Shown here piece by piece: positions 32,443 to 50,815 of a DNA stretch of 64,000 nucleotides (position 1 is the stretch's first letter; each line of letters opens with the position of its first letter). A program made the translations under genes and the position numbers. The notes below the pieces were generated by a model that searched no databases, was not told the origin of the DNA, and saw nothing but the letters and a program-made list of their open reading frames with translations. The stretch comes from Dendronephthya gigantea (taxonomy: Eukaryota), in assembly GCF_004324835.1 (NCBI RefSeq), contig NW_021163311.1:10208-74207 (forward strand). Direction: 5' to 3'.

Positions 32443-32704
32443 ACAATATGTAAGGTATTAAGTGAAAACGCCTAACATATTATGAACATTTGAAATGAAC
32501 TATAAGATTTTCACAAAGTTATAGAAATAGATTGTAGCATTCTAATTTGATTGTCAGACATATACTGATTTGTATTTTTGTAATGGAATTTCAATTGAGT
32601 CAGTTTTTAGAATTATATATTAACGAACAATAACAAATCTTTGAAATAGATATTTTCATTGAGGAAGGTTTAAAATTAAACACCAAATAAAACATTTGAA
32701 ATAA

Positions 32705-32830
32705 TATTTTCTGCACCCCCTCCACCTAGGTTTTTTCACACACCCCCTCCTAGGTTTTTTCACCACCCCCCCTACCACCTGGATTCTTCTGCCCCAGTCC
32801 CCCAGACCAAGAATCCTAACTGAGCCTCTG
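32705..32830. repeat. C-rich 3'-flank tandem repeat
   Basis: ccctccacctaggttttttcac units. Confidence 0.6.
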
Positions 32831-33038
32831 CCTCAAGAAATAGCTCAGTTACCGATTTTAAATATCAGCCTGTCTGTAAATGATGTCTGTGTCTGTCAGA
32901 CTGCCACAGACCAAGTCATATTTTAAAATTTAACAATTAACAAGATTTTGATAGTTTTACTCTTTATTAAAACAAGACCCCGATTAACTTGTATAAATTG
33001 GTTTGTCAACTAAAATAAAATTCTTGTTTCAAGTTTGC

Positions 33039-39971
<6,933 letters not shown>

Positions 39972-40067
39972 TTTATAATTTTATTGTTGATTGTGCGAGA
40001 ATCTGAGAGAAGTCTTTGAAACTTTGAAATTTGAATATTTACAAATAATCCAACACGTGGACTTAGG

Positions 40068-40212
40068 ACCGGAAGTCTTGCACCGGAAGTCTTGCACCGG
40101 AAGTCTTGTACTGAACGTCATGTACCGGAGGTCTTGTACCGGAGGACTTGTACCGGAGGTCTTGTACCGGAGGTCATGTACCGGAGGTCTTATACCGGAA
40201 GTCTTGTACCGA
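40068..40212. promoter_or_regulatory. Tandem array of ten 14-bp units carrying ETS-family consensus sites (ACCGGAAGT / ACCGGAGGT), ~100-240 bp upstream of the AGXT start codon
   Basis: accggaagtcttgc x3, one degenerate unit (ctgaacgtcatgta), accggaggtcttgt x5, accggaagtcttgt. The AGXT ATG is at 39971 on the minus strand. Confidence 0.6.
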
Positions 40213-40624
40213 AAAATACGTCACAAAGTAGCAAAATGTTGCAAAATGTCATCACATTGCAGGTACATTTATAGATCAGTCGTTAGACTAGTGCACTGAT
40301 CTCGATGATGGAACTGGATATGGATCACTGATCGCTGTTAAACTGGATAGCTCTACTTGTTTCACCATAATTTGAATGAATTTGAATTCCAATCTGAATA
40401 GTGCAATATTATATGAAAATATTTTTACGATAAGCTTATAAATTTTGCAACCAACTAAAGTAACTCCAAGTCTCCAACCTTCGAGCTATTAAAGAAAATA
40501 ATTCACCCTTTTACTGCGTGATTAATATAAATAGCTTTAAATAGAATTAATTCTAGAAAATAAATCGTCATCACTTATTATTTATTGGCTTTGTGCACTA
40601 CAGATAAACTAATCAGCTAATGGC

Positions 40625-40880
40625 ATGTCAATAGACCTTTCCCCTTTTAGCTTTCAAGTGCGCAATGCGTGACGGTGGTTGATTATCAAGGTCAATTTGA
40701 GTTCTGACCCCCCCCCCATGTTCAGGAGTTCATGTTTAGTTTAACAAAGAAACAAAAAGAATTAGCAAGGTCTTCTTACAAATAAAATCGCTTCAAAGCA
40801 GAACAAATGCAACTCAAAGTCCCTTGATAATCAACTCACCCATCGCCGCGCTTAAAAGGGGAAAAGTCTATTGCACAATT
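40625..40880. repeat. Imperfect inverted repeat (~60-bp arms, ~130-bp loop containing a C10 tract); possible MITE relic
   Basis: gtcaatagacctttccccttttagc..ggttgattatcaagg pairs with cccttgataatcaactcacc..gcttaaaaggggaaaagtctattgcac. Confidence 0.45.
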
Positions 40881-40998
40881 AAGCTCAATTTCAAAAGATT
40901 TTGCCCTCAATTTAGACTTGAATAATAACAGTAATACCTCACATATTTTAGACTTGACATTTAATGCGATATTAATCTAAATGTTCCGCATTGCAATG

Positions 40999-41433
40999 TT
41001 ACAGTTCATCTTTTACTGCATTATCGTAGAAGAACGTTTCTCCACATTTTTTGCAATATTCGTATGGCACTGTTACTTCTTTCCCTCCATCAAATTGCAT
41101 TTTGACTGGCTCTTTAGCAGGGATCTTCTCGTGATTGCCGTTCGGGCAAGGTGTTATGCTTTCGACTTTGTATGAATCTGGCGTGAATACCACTCTCTTG
41201 TGTTTTACCTCTTGAACGAAACTTTTGTATCTTTTTCTCACTCTCTTTATCCCCAGAATAGGTTTGACCACTTTCAGTACAGGTTTAACCACTTTTTTGA
41301 TAACTCTTTCTACTGGTCTAGTTACATGTCGAATAACCCTTTTCAGACCTCTTAAAATACCAGAAACCTCGACTGTAGAAGACAGTAGAACTACACCGAT
41401 AAGGCCAAAAGCTAGCAAAGTCGCTTTTCTCAT
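40999..41433 (-). CDS. A0: diverged paralogue of cassette gene A; secreted, strongly cationic, C-terminal KDEL
   Basis: MRKATLLAFGLIGVVLLSSTVEV signal. It shares HVTRP, RV.K.Y..F..EVKH.RVVF.P.SY.VE.I.PC..G.H and YCKKCGE.FF with the A copies. It ends ..FFYDNAVKDEL*. Confidence 0.65.
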   Translation of the reverse strand: MRKATLLAFGLIGVVLLSSTVEVSGILRGLKRVIRHVTRPVERVIKKVVKPVLKVVKPILGIKRVRKRYKSFVQEVKHKRVVFTPDSYKVESITPCPNGNHEKIPAKEPVKMQFDGGKEVTVPYEYCKKCGETFFYDNAVKDEL

Positions 41434-41684
41434 GATTTTATGGTTCGATAAAGCGTCTCCGAGTTAAAGTGCTGACTAGAATCGCATGCACTTGGCTGAT
41501 TAAATCGACATAAACAAATATTCGACAAAAGGCATTTATATGATCAATACAACACCACCAGCTGTGATATTTCTAAGCTGTAAAGTGGAGCTAACCGATC
41601 ATATCACTGATTTTGTGAACTGTTTACCTCATAACGAATGAGTGGATATTATTAAGATATTTATTTAGCTTGACGGCGAATACC

Positions 41685-41854
41685 TAAAGCCGGTTCTCCA
41701 TCGTAGGCGAAATGGTTCGATCGAACGAAATTTTTCGCTCGATTTTCTTTTCAATTGTGAGAAATCGACCGTGGCTGATGATCTTGACCTTTCTTATCGA
41801 GCGAAAATTTTCGTTCGATATAAAAATATCGCCTAGTGGAAAACCGGCTTAAAG
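41685..41854. repeat. 170-bp hairpin or MITE-like element (~60-bp inverted arms)
   Basis: cctaaagccggttctccatcgtaggcgaaatggttcgatcgaacgaaatttttcgctcgat pairs with atcgagcgaaaattttcgttcgatataaaaatatcgcctagtggaaaaccggcttaaagg. Confidence 0.55.
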
Positions 41855-42528
41855 GCCTGGCTTTATTAAAGTCTGTTTCAGCTCATTTGCATCAGGTCAG
41901 AGCATCAGAAGAGCGACGCCTTGACCTAGATCTAAATATTTTTAGTTGCTATAGGACTTTGCAGAGAAGATCGAATTTGCGGCTTTGCCCTTTGAGATTT
42001 CGCAATTTGCTTGTGGTATTCATATGATCATATCCAAACATTGCTTATCATTAAACAATCATATAATGCTTGTCGGACATGGAATTTACTGCATCACCTG
42101 AAAAGGTAGGTATAAGAACGGATAAAATTGGTCACGGGCAGCAATTTTAGCTGTGTTGTACCAATAATTTAAGTGTAATCTAAACCGACATTGCTTGCCG
42201 AATATTAATAGATTTCGGCGAATGCGGAATTATTCCTATTTCCTGAGATTTAACGTCTGACGTTTCAGAATTTGCTTACTAGTTCATTTTCAAAGATGCG
42301 GCAGTTGCTTCTGGTCTTTAGGGCTTATGTCATTTTTATCTTTATAAATATTAAACGCTTGCCTGATCTGCAAAAAAATTCAGTTGGGCCAATCATAATG
42401 CTTGTCTGACAAGGAATGTATTGCATCATCTGAAAAGGTAAGGGCGGCCCCCAGTGCATCTCAGTAAGCATTGCGCCGTTTCCATGTAGCTGAATGCATC
42501 CTATTTTTAGTCATTCTGCTGAAATACT

Positions 42529-42912
42529 ATGAAGAAATCATCTTTCCTAGCACATGGATTGACTATCCTGGTGGTCCTTTGCTGTGCCACCGAGGTAACC
42601 TGTTTCATAGGCAAAATTTTCAAGGAAATAGACAGAGCTCTTTGCAGATTCGATCGCCATGTTACTCGACCTTTTATCAAAGCCATCGGTCTTGTGAGGG
42701 TGAAGAAAACGTACAGACAGTTCAAAGAAGAAGTTAAACACAGCAGAGTTATTTTCTCGCCAAATTCATATCGTGTGGAGAAAATAAAACCGTGCGCTCA
42801 TGGACATCACGACATCGTTCAGGACAAGCGAGCGATTGAGATACAATTTCAAGATCAAGCCGTTACATTTCGTCACAAATACTGCAGAAAATGCGGACAG
42901 AATTTCTTCTAG
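42529..42912 (+). CDS. Cassette gene A, copy 1 (127 aa, short form): signal peptide plus cationic Cys-containing mature protein
   Basis: MKKSSFLAHGLTILVVLCCATEV signal, then ..RVKKTYRQFKEEVKHSRVIFSPNSYRVEKIKPCAHGHHD..YCRKCGQNFF*. Conserved in 5 copies and in paralogue A0. Confidence 0.7.
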   Translation: MKKSSFLAHGLTILVVLCCATEVTCFIGKIFKEIDRALCRFDRHVTRPFIKAIGLVRVKKTYRQFKEEVKHSRVIFSPNSYRVEKIKPCAHGHHDIVQDKRAIEIQFQDQAVTFRHKYCRKCGQNFF

Positions 42913-43281
42913 ACTCCAATAAAACCTTGCGTTATGCAGACAAATAGTTTTTCACGGACAATGCAAAGAACACATGTGATGTGAATGGCTTTAATTGAGC
43001 TTATTTTATTTTTAATAGACTATTATGTACTCGCTTTTTAAAATTTAATCATGATATTTGACTATTATATATGATTGACTATAACTTGATAATAGCATTA
43101 TAAAACGATGATTGAGTTAAATACTAAACTGATTTAGTGTGTTCATGAAGATTCGTCATGTGCGAGATATATATGTTATATAAACAACACACATCTTTCT
43201 AAATATATAACGTTTGTTGTCAATTGAAATACAATCTATGATGACAGTTTTAAAATCAGTGCAAAAGTGCGTTCGCTTGAT

Positions 43282-43625
43282 TTACCAGGGTTTTAATACT
43301 GGATAAAGTGCTGTGATCTTCTTCAGTTGATCTAATGTCATAAATATCATACCAGATGCTGCACCACATTTTGAACAGATAAGAACAGGGCTCTTGATGT
43401 ACAAATTGTTCGTTTCAGTCCTGGAACCACGGTCCGATTTCGAGGAAAGTGTGATTCCGAGAAGGCTTGATTTCCCCTTGTTTTCCCAAGTCACAGTGCT
43501 CCGAACGGAAATCGTCAGCCATCCAACGCCTCTTGGCTCGAAATTATGCGGTGGGCAGCTTGAAGCGGCGTGATCACAATCAGAACTGCTGAAAACAGTA
43601 TCTTAAAGTTCATTCTGTGAGTCAT
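43282..43625 (-). pseudogene. Cassette gene B, copy 1, frameshifted
   Basis: gaagcggcgtgatcac here against gaagcggctgtgatcac in the intact copies. This is a 1-nt deletion in the signal-peptide region. Confidence 0.5.
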
Positions 43626-43892
43626 TGCTTATGTTCACCGCTAGCTGTGGTTCACTGAGGTGTTTGCGTCAGAAACAGCGCGATCGTCAGCTATAGAATG
43701 GTCGTTGAACTCTTGAATTTATCTCGTTAATAACTCCGTATCTAAACAACAATCTCAACTTAACTTAAAGCTGTAGAGCCCCTGTCAATGCATCAATGCA
43801 TCAATGCGTCAGTCAGTGCCCTGCAGCCCCACGTGAATGTCAGAATACCCATTTGACAATTTTCCGAGTATTGACATTCCTTGGAGTTAATT

Positions 43893-44199
43893 ATGGCTGT
43901 TGTTGGGCGAAAGTGTTGCCTGAAGTTAATAATTTTACTGTTAATTCTTAAGGTTACGGTATCGTCGGTCGAAAAATTGCCAATAGTGTACGACACCGAA
44001 AGTGGAAAATACTACGCAATAAGAAATCCCCGACGTGTGACGAATATCCGATTGAATACGATCCCAAACAAATACGTTTACGAATAATCCAAAGTACACT
44101 GGCGGTTGCGAGAGATTCAAGATAAAGGTTTCACAAGATTATGAAGGCTTCCAAATCGAGAGTTTCGAGGAGACCACAACCACTAAATTAGGGATCTAA
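43893..44199 (+). pseudogene. Cassette gene C, copy 1, frameshifted
   Basis: aagaaatccccgacg here against aagaaatcccccgacg in copies 2-4. The ORF stops at 44087. Confidence 0.5.
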
Positions 44200-45264
44200 C
44201 ACTAAAGGACACAAGATAATTCATGGCAAGAATTCGTTGAGAAGAGATCGTGGTTGCATGACGAACGTGCAGAAGTATTTTCGCACTATGTGGCATAAAA
44301 ACTATGTAATTGTCTGGAATGGTCTAGTCTAGAAATGTCTAAAATCGACAATTGAATAAGTCGGAATAACCTATAGCATGTAAACGTATATTTGTATGAT
44401 ATATTTTCAACAATGTTATATAATAAATGGATTTAAAGGAAAGACCCAACAAGTTTAGACTGTATTCCCTGTAAAGTAGTAGAGCGATGTGACCAGTTGA
44501 AGGTCTTTAGACTTTACTGGCTTTAAGGCCAGTGTTAAGGGAAGGTTTGTTGTGTTTAATTAGTGTTTCTGTTTCCTTTTAATCCATACACGTGTGTTGT
44601 AAAGTATTGTATTTCATTCTGTTTGAGGATGGCTTTGAAAGATTGAAATAAAGTCGAAAATTTACAGCTTTAACCTGTGTCTTGCTTGATTGAAACATAG
44701 ATTCTCAAGTGTCTAAATAGTCTTTTACTTTATCAGACTATTTAAAAGTTAAAAGCAGTATCTAATTGGCAGAATAGTGGGTAGTAGTGGCGATTCTCGC
44801 TCATAGAAATTTAGAATTCAAAACGAAGTCCGTTCACATTTTTTACAGCATTCGAAACGCAATCGTAAAATTAGGTCTTCATCTGCATGTTATCAGTTTG
44901 TCGCTTTGGCCCCTAACGCATTTAATGCAATTTTTATACCGACAAAAAAAGCTGAGTCATGTATTCACTTATTAGATATAATCCCATATGAAATATAATG
45001 AAACTATAAAAAAATATGAATGCAATTGCCATGTAGTCATATAGATATAATTCACAGTATAGAAAACGATATAACGATCATTTCCACACATTTATTATCA
45101 ACTAATTAACTGATAAACAATTGATATACTAGAATAACTAGATACACGTGATTGTACTGTATGGAGTGACATATAAAGAGTTTGACAGAAAGTGGCAATT
45201 TCTTGTTGCCTACAGAATAATGTGCTTCGAATAGAGTATAGCAAAAAAATCCAAATTTATTCGT

Positions 45265-45684
45265 TCAATTGCCGCTGATTAACTGCTTGACAGGTTTGTA
45301 TCCAATCCCATTTTCTAGAACATTAGTAGCAGCGCCGAGGATATCTCGTCTGCATTCTTTGTCCATTAAGCAGTCGGCAGTCATTGGAAATTCTACGGTT
45401 CCACCGTCTTTCCGAAAAGTTTTCATCAATACACGACGTTTCTTGTGCGATATAGTCACTGCAACACCATCGTTTGAGAATTTTGGCGTCACACTGACCT
45501 CACTGTTTTTCTCGTCTACTTCATTGGCCGTAAGTGTACCATCTTTCAACGTCAAGATCTGGACTTCTTGCGACGTTGATTTAGCAACTAAACGACCATT
45601 CGAAGGGTCAATACCAACTGGCAACAGTTCACCGTAACAGCAGACGGTCCAAAGAAAAACTAGGCTGAGTTTTAATACAAACAT
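45265..45684 (-). CDS. Cassette gene D, copy 1 (139 aa from the ATG at 45684)
   Basis: MFVLKLSLVFLWTVCCYGE signal, then ..ADCLMDKECRRDILGAATNVLENGIGYKPVKQLISGN*. The upstream extension in the ORF track begins at a TTG. Confidence 0.7.
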   Translation of the reverse strand: MFVLKLSLVFLWTVCCYGELLPVGIDPSNGRLVAKSTSQEVQILTLKDGTLTANEVDEKNSEVSVTPKFSNDGVAVTISHKKRRVLMKTFRKDGGTVEFPMTADCLMDKECRRDILGAATNVLENGIGYKPVKQLISGN

Positions 45685-46658
45685 GTTCAGTAACGAAGCC
45701 AGCAACAATTGCGCCAATGTGTCGACTGTCGATTCTGCTGAGGTGGTTGCTAGTTAAACGTTAAGAACACGTGATAGTTCTTAATTTATGCGCATGCTTA
45801 TCACGTGTTTCCGCTGAGCTATAAACCGTAAACACAATATAGGTCGGCACTCTACCTTGCATGGGAATTGTTTATTTCGTATATATACCGAATGAAATAC
45901 GTATTTCTCCAATAAATTCACTGTTATATAGCAATTCAATCACGTTTCTCAACCCTCAGTCTCACAGCGATAACACGCAGTATACCCCCGTTCACACTAC
46001 ACTCGATCTATTAGCACGGCAAAAATCGATAACCGTGCCTGGTAGCCTGAACACTAATAAAATTGGGTTTAGCCGTGCCAATAAATTGAGTGTAGTGTAA
46101 ACGGGGCTTTTAACATACCGAATATGAAAATCATTGCAAGATTATGGAACGGATTACGTTAGCCTTTGTGTATTGAACCTGATTAATACGGTATCAGTAC
46201 CAATTTCATCTGTGCTAGTCGCTAAGCCTTTGAATTGGTAGTCTAAGAACGGATAAATTTTGTCACGGGTAACAATTTTAGCTGTATTGTGTCAATAATT
46301 TAAGTGTAATCTAAACCGACATTGCTTGCCGAATATTAATAGATTTCGGCGAATGCGGAAATATTCTTATTTCCTGAGATTTAACGTCTGAGGTTTCGGA
46401 ATGTGCTTACTAGTTCATTTTCAAAGATGCGGCAGTTGCTTCTGGTCTTTAGGGCTTATGTCATTTTTATCTTTATAAATATTAAACGCTTGCCTGATCT
46501 GCAAAAAAATTCAGTTGGGCCAATCATAATGCTTGTCTGACAAGGAATGTATTGCATCATCTGAAAAGGTAAGGGCGGCCCCTGCGCATCTCAGTAAGCA
46601 TTGCGCCGTTTCCATGTAGCTGAATGCATCCTATTTTTAGTCATTCTGCTGAAATAAT

Positions 46659-47062
46659 ATGAAGAAATCATCTTTCCTAGCACATGGATTGACTATCCTG
46701 GTGGTCCTTTGCTGTGCCACCGAGGTAACCTGTTTCATAGCAAATTTTCAAGGAAATAGGCAGATTTTTGTAAATTCGATCGCCATTTTACTCGACCTCT
46801 CATCGTTAAACCTCTGAAGGAAGTCGCCAAAGCCATCGGCCTTGTGAGGGTGAAGAAAACGTACAGACAGTTTAAAGAAGAAGTTAAACACAGCAGAGTT
46901 GTTTTCTCGCCAAATTCATATCGCGTGGAGAAAATAAAACCGTGCGCTCATGGACATCACGACATCGTTGAGGACAAGCGAGCGATTGAGATACAATTTC
47001 AAGATCAAGCCGTTTCATTTCGTCACAAATACTGCAAAAAATGCGGACAGATTTTCTTCTAA
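46659..47062 (+). pseudogene. Cassette gene A, copy 2, frameshifted (long-form type)
   Basis: MKKSSFLAHGLTILVVLCCATEVTCFIANFQGNRQIF.. goes out of frame, then the frame resumes at RVKKTYRQFKEEVKH..CKKCGQIFF*. Confidence 0.5.
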
Positions 47063-47389
47063 ACTACCATAGAACCTTGCGTTATGCAGACAAATAGTTT
47101 TTTACGGACAATGCAAAAAACACATGTGGCTTGTAATTGAACTTATTTTATTTTTAATAGACTATTATGTTTAAAATTTAATCATGATATATAACTATAT
47201 TATATATGATTGAGTTTAACTTGATAATAGCATTTTAAAGCGGTGATTGAGTTACTAAACTGATTTAGTGTGTCCATGCCTGAACATTCATTTCTACGAG
47301 CTATATATATTATATATGCATACACAATCTTTTCAAATATCTAACGTTTGTTGTCGAGTTGAAAGACAACCATGATGATAGTTTTAAAA

Positions 47390-47761
47390 TCAGTGCAAAA
47401 GTGCGTTCGCTTGATTTACCAGGGGTTTTAATACTGGATGAAGTGCTGTGATCTTCTTCAGTTGATCTAATGTCATAAATATCATTCCAGATGCTGCACC
47501 ACATTTTGAACAGATAAGAACAGGGCTCTTGATGTACAAATTGTTCGTTTCAGTCCTGGAACCACGGTCCGATTTCGAGGAAAGTGTGATTCCGAGAAGG
47601 CTTGATTTTCCCTTGTTTTCCCAAGTCACAGTGCTCCGAACGGAAATCGTCAGCCATCCAACGCCTCTTGGCTCGAAATTATGCGGTGGGCAGCTTGAAG
47701 CGGCTGTGATCACAATCAGAACTGCTGAAAACAGTATCTTAAAGTTCATTCTGTGAGTCAT
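47390..47761 (-). CDS. Cassette gene B, copy 2 (123 aa): secreted protein
   Basis: MTHRMNFKILFSAVLIVITAASS signal, then CPPHNFEPRGVGWLTISVRSTVTWENKGKSSLLGITLSSKSDRGSRTETNNLYIKSPVLICSKCGAASG..*. Confidence 0.7.
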   Translation of the reverse strand: MTHRMNFKILFSAVLIVITAASSCPPHNFEPRGVGWLTISVRSTVTWENKGKSSLLGITLSSKSDRGSRTETNNLYIKSPVLICSKCGAASGMIFMTLDQLKKITALHPVLKPLVNQANALLH

Positions 47762-48032
47762 TGCTTATGTTCACCGCTAGCTGTGGTTCACTGAGGTGTT
47801 TGCGTCAGAAACAGCGCGATCGTCAGCTATAGAATGGTCGTTGAACTCTTTGAATTTATCTCGTTAATAACTCCGTATCTAAACAACAATCTCAACTTAA
47901 CTTAAAGCTGTAGAGCCCCTGTCAATGCATCAATGCATCAATGCGTCAGTCAGTGCCCCTGCAGCCCCTCACGTGAATGTCAGAATACCCATTTGACAAT
48001 TTTCCGAGTATTGACATTCCTTGGAGTTAATT

Positions 48033-48341
48033 ATGGCTGTTGTTGGGCGAAAGTGTTGCCTGAAATTAATAATTTTACTGTTAATTCTTAAGGTTACGGT
48101 ATCGTCGGTCGAAAAGTTGCCAATAGTGTACGACACCGAAAGTGGAAAATACTACGCAATAAGAAATCCCCCGACGTGTGATGAATATCCGATTGAATAC
48201 GATCCCAAAACAAATACGTTTACGAATAATCCAAAATACACTGGCGGTTGCGAGGAATTCAAGATAAAGGTTTCACAAGATTATGAAGGCTTCCAAATCG
48301 AGAGCTTCGAAGAGACCACAACCACTAAAATAGGGATCTAA
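48033..48341 (+). CDS. Cassette gene C, copy 2 (102 aa from the ATG at 48033): secreted acidic protein
   Basis: MAVVGRKCCLKLIILLLILKVTVSS signal, then VEKLPIVYDTESGKYYAIRNPPTCDEYPIEYDPKTNTFTNNPKYTGGCEEFKIKVSQDYEGFQIESFEETTTTKIGI*. The track's start at 48021 is a TTG. Confidence 0.7.
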   Translation: MAVVGRKCCLKLIILLLILKVTVSSVEKLPIVYDTESGKYYAIRNPPTCDEYPIEYDPKTNTFTNNPKYTGGCEEFKIKVSQDYEGFQIESFEETTTTKIGI

Positions 48342-49421
48342 CACTAAAGGACACGAGATAATTCATGGCAAGAATTCGTTGAAAAGAGATCGTGGTTGAC
48401 GAACATGCAGAAGTCTTTTCACACTATGTGGCATAAAAACTATGTAATTGTCTGGAATGGTACCGGTCTAGTCTAGAAATGTCTAAAATCGACAATTGAA
48501 TAAGTCGGAATAACCTATAGCATGTAAACGTATATTTGTATGATATATTTTCAACAATGTTTATATAATAAATAGATTTAAAGGAAAGACCCAACAAGTT
48601 TAGACTGTATTCCCTGTAAAGTAGTAGAGCGATGTGACCAGTTGAAGGTCTTTAGACTTTACTGGCTTTAAGGCCAGTGTTAAGGGAAGGTTTGTTGTGT
48701 TTAATTAGTGTTTCTGTTTCCTTTTAATCCATACACGTGTGTTGTAAAGTATTGTATTTCATTCTGTTTGAGGATGGCTTTGAAAGATTGAAATAAAGTC
48801 GAAAATTTACAGCTTTAACCTGTGTCTTGCTTGATTGAAACATAGATTCTCAAGTTGTCTATATAGTCTTTTTTTACTTTATCAGACTATTTAAAAGTTA
48901 AAAGCAGTATCTTAATTGGCAGAACAGTGGGTAGTAGTGGCGATATTCTCGCTCATTAGAAATTTAGAATTCAAAACGAAGTCCGTTCACATTTTTTACA
49001 GCATTTGAAACGTCAATCGTAAATTTTGGTCTTCATCTGCATGTTTCATCAGTTTGTCGCTTTGGCCCCTAACGCATTTAATGCAAATTTTATACCGACA
49101 AAAAAACGCTGAGTCATGTATTCACTTATTAGATATAATCCCATATGAAATATAATGAAACTATAAAAAAATATGAATGCAATTGCCATGTAGTCATATA
49201 GATATAATTCACAGTATAGAAAACGATATAACGATCATTTCCACACATTTATTATCAACTAATTAACTGATAAACAACTGATATACTAGAATAACTAGAT
49301 ACACGTGATTGTACTGTATGGAGTGACATATAAAGAGTTTGACAGAAAGTGGCAATTTCTTTTTGCCTACAGAATAATGTGCTTCGAATAGAGTATAGCA
49401 AAAAAATCCAAATTTATTCGT

Positions 49422-49841
49422 TCAATTGCCGCTGATTAACTGCTTGACAGGTTTGTATCCAATCCCATTTTCTAGAACATTAGTAGCAGCGCCGAGGATA
49501 TCTTGTCTGCATTCTTTGTCCATTAAGCAGTCGGCAGTCATTGGAAATTCTACGGTTCCACCGTCTTTCCGAAAAGTTTTCATCAATACACGACGTTTCT
49601 TGTGCGATATAGTCACTGCTAGACCATCGTTTGAGAATTTTGGCGTCACACTGACCTCACTGTTTTTCTCGTTTACTTCATTGGCCGTAAGTGTACCATC
49701 TTTCAACGTCAAGATCTGGACTTCTTGCGACGTTGATTCAGCAACTAAACGACCAGTCGAAGGGTCAATACCAACTTGCAACAATTCCCCGTAACAGCAG
49801 ACGGTCCATAGAAAAACTAGGCTGAGCTTTAATACAAACAT
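49422..49841 (-). CDS. Cassette gene D, copy 2 (139 aa)
   Basis: Intact. ATG at 49841. Confidence 0.7.
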   Translation of the reverse strand: MFVLKLSLVFLWTVCCYGELLQVGIDPSTGRLVAESTSQEVQILTLKDGTLTANEVNEKNSEVSVTPKFSNDGLAVTISHKKRRVLMKTFRKDGGTVEFPMTADCLMDKECRQDILGAATNVLENGIGYKPVKQLISGN

Positions 49842-50815
49842 GTTCAGTAACGAAGCCAGCAACAATTGGCGCCAATGTGTCGAGTGTCGATTCTGCTGAG
49901 GTCGTTGCTAGTTAAACGTTAAGAACACGTGATAGTTCTTAATTTATGCGCATGCTTATCACGTGTTTCCGCTGAACTATAAACCGTAAACACAATATAG
50001 GTTGGCACTCTACCTTGCATGAGAATTGTTTATTTCGTATATAAAGCGAATAAAATACGTATTTCTCCAATAAATTCACTGTTATATAGCATTCAGTCAC
50101 GTTTCTCAATCTTCAGTCTCACAGCGATAACACGCAGTATACCCCCGTTCACACTACACTCGATTTATTAGCACGGCAAAAATCGATAACCGTGCCTGGT
50201 AGCCTGAACACTAATAAAATTGGGTTTAGCCGTGCCAATAAATTGAGTGTAGTGTAAACGGGGCTTTTAACATACCGAATATGAAAATCATTGCAAGATT
50301 ATGGAACGGATTACGTTAGCCTTTGTGTATTGAACCTGATTAATACGGTATCAGTACCAATTTCATCTGTGCTAGTCGCTAAGCCTTTGAATTGGTAGTC
50401 TAAGAACGGATAAATTTTGTCACGGGTAGCAATTTTAGCTGTATTGTATCAATAATTTAAGTGTAATCTAAACCGACATTGCTTGCCGAATATTAATAGA
50501 TTTCGGCGAATGCGGAAATATTCTTATTTCCTGAGATTTAACGTCTGAGGTTTCGGAATGTGCTTACTAGTTCATTTTCAAAGATGCGGCAGTTGCTTCT
50601 GGTCTTTAGGGCTTATGTCATTTTTATCTTTATAAATATTAAACGCTTGCCTGATCTGCAAAAAAAAACAGTTGGGCCAATCATAATGCTTGTCTGACAA
50701 GGAATGTTTGCATCATCTGAAAAGGTAAGGGCGGCCCCTGCGCATCTCAGTAAGCATTGCGCCGTTTCAATGTAGCTGAATGCATCCTATTTTTAGTCAT
50801 TCTGCTCAGTCAAAT

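Larger units (their letters stand above)
1000..33000 (+). repeat. Segmental tandem array, 7 units of 5.0-5.6 kb (one truncated), each carrying one RING-TRAF-Kelch gene plus a repeat-rich spacer
   Basis: Gene starts fall at 2958, 8546, (11241 partial), 15444, 20406, 25746 and 30844. Leaders, 3' flanks and spacers are near-identical between units. Confidence 0.9.

Noticed and set aside
39991-40299. Plus-strand ORFs of 60-102 aa over the ETS-motif minisatellite
   Set aside because: They are repeat translations (..SCTGGLVPEVLYRR.. reiterated). The region is non-coding promoter and satellite.
45269-45637. Plus-strand 122-aa ORFs mirrored opposite every D gene, and similar antisense ORFs opposite A, B and C
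   Set aside because: Each overlaps a better-supported signal-peptide gene on the other strand and has no signal peptide or conservation of its own.
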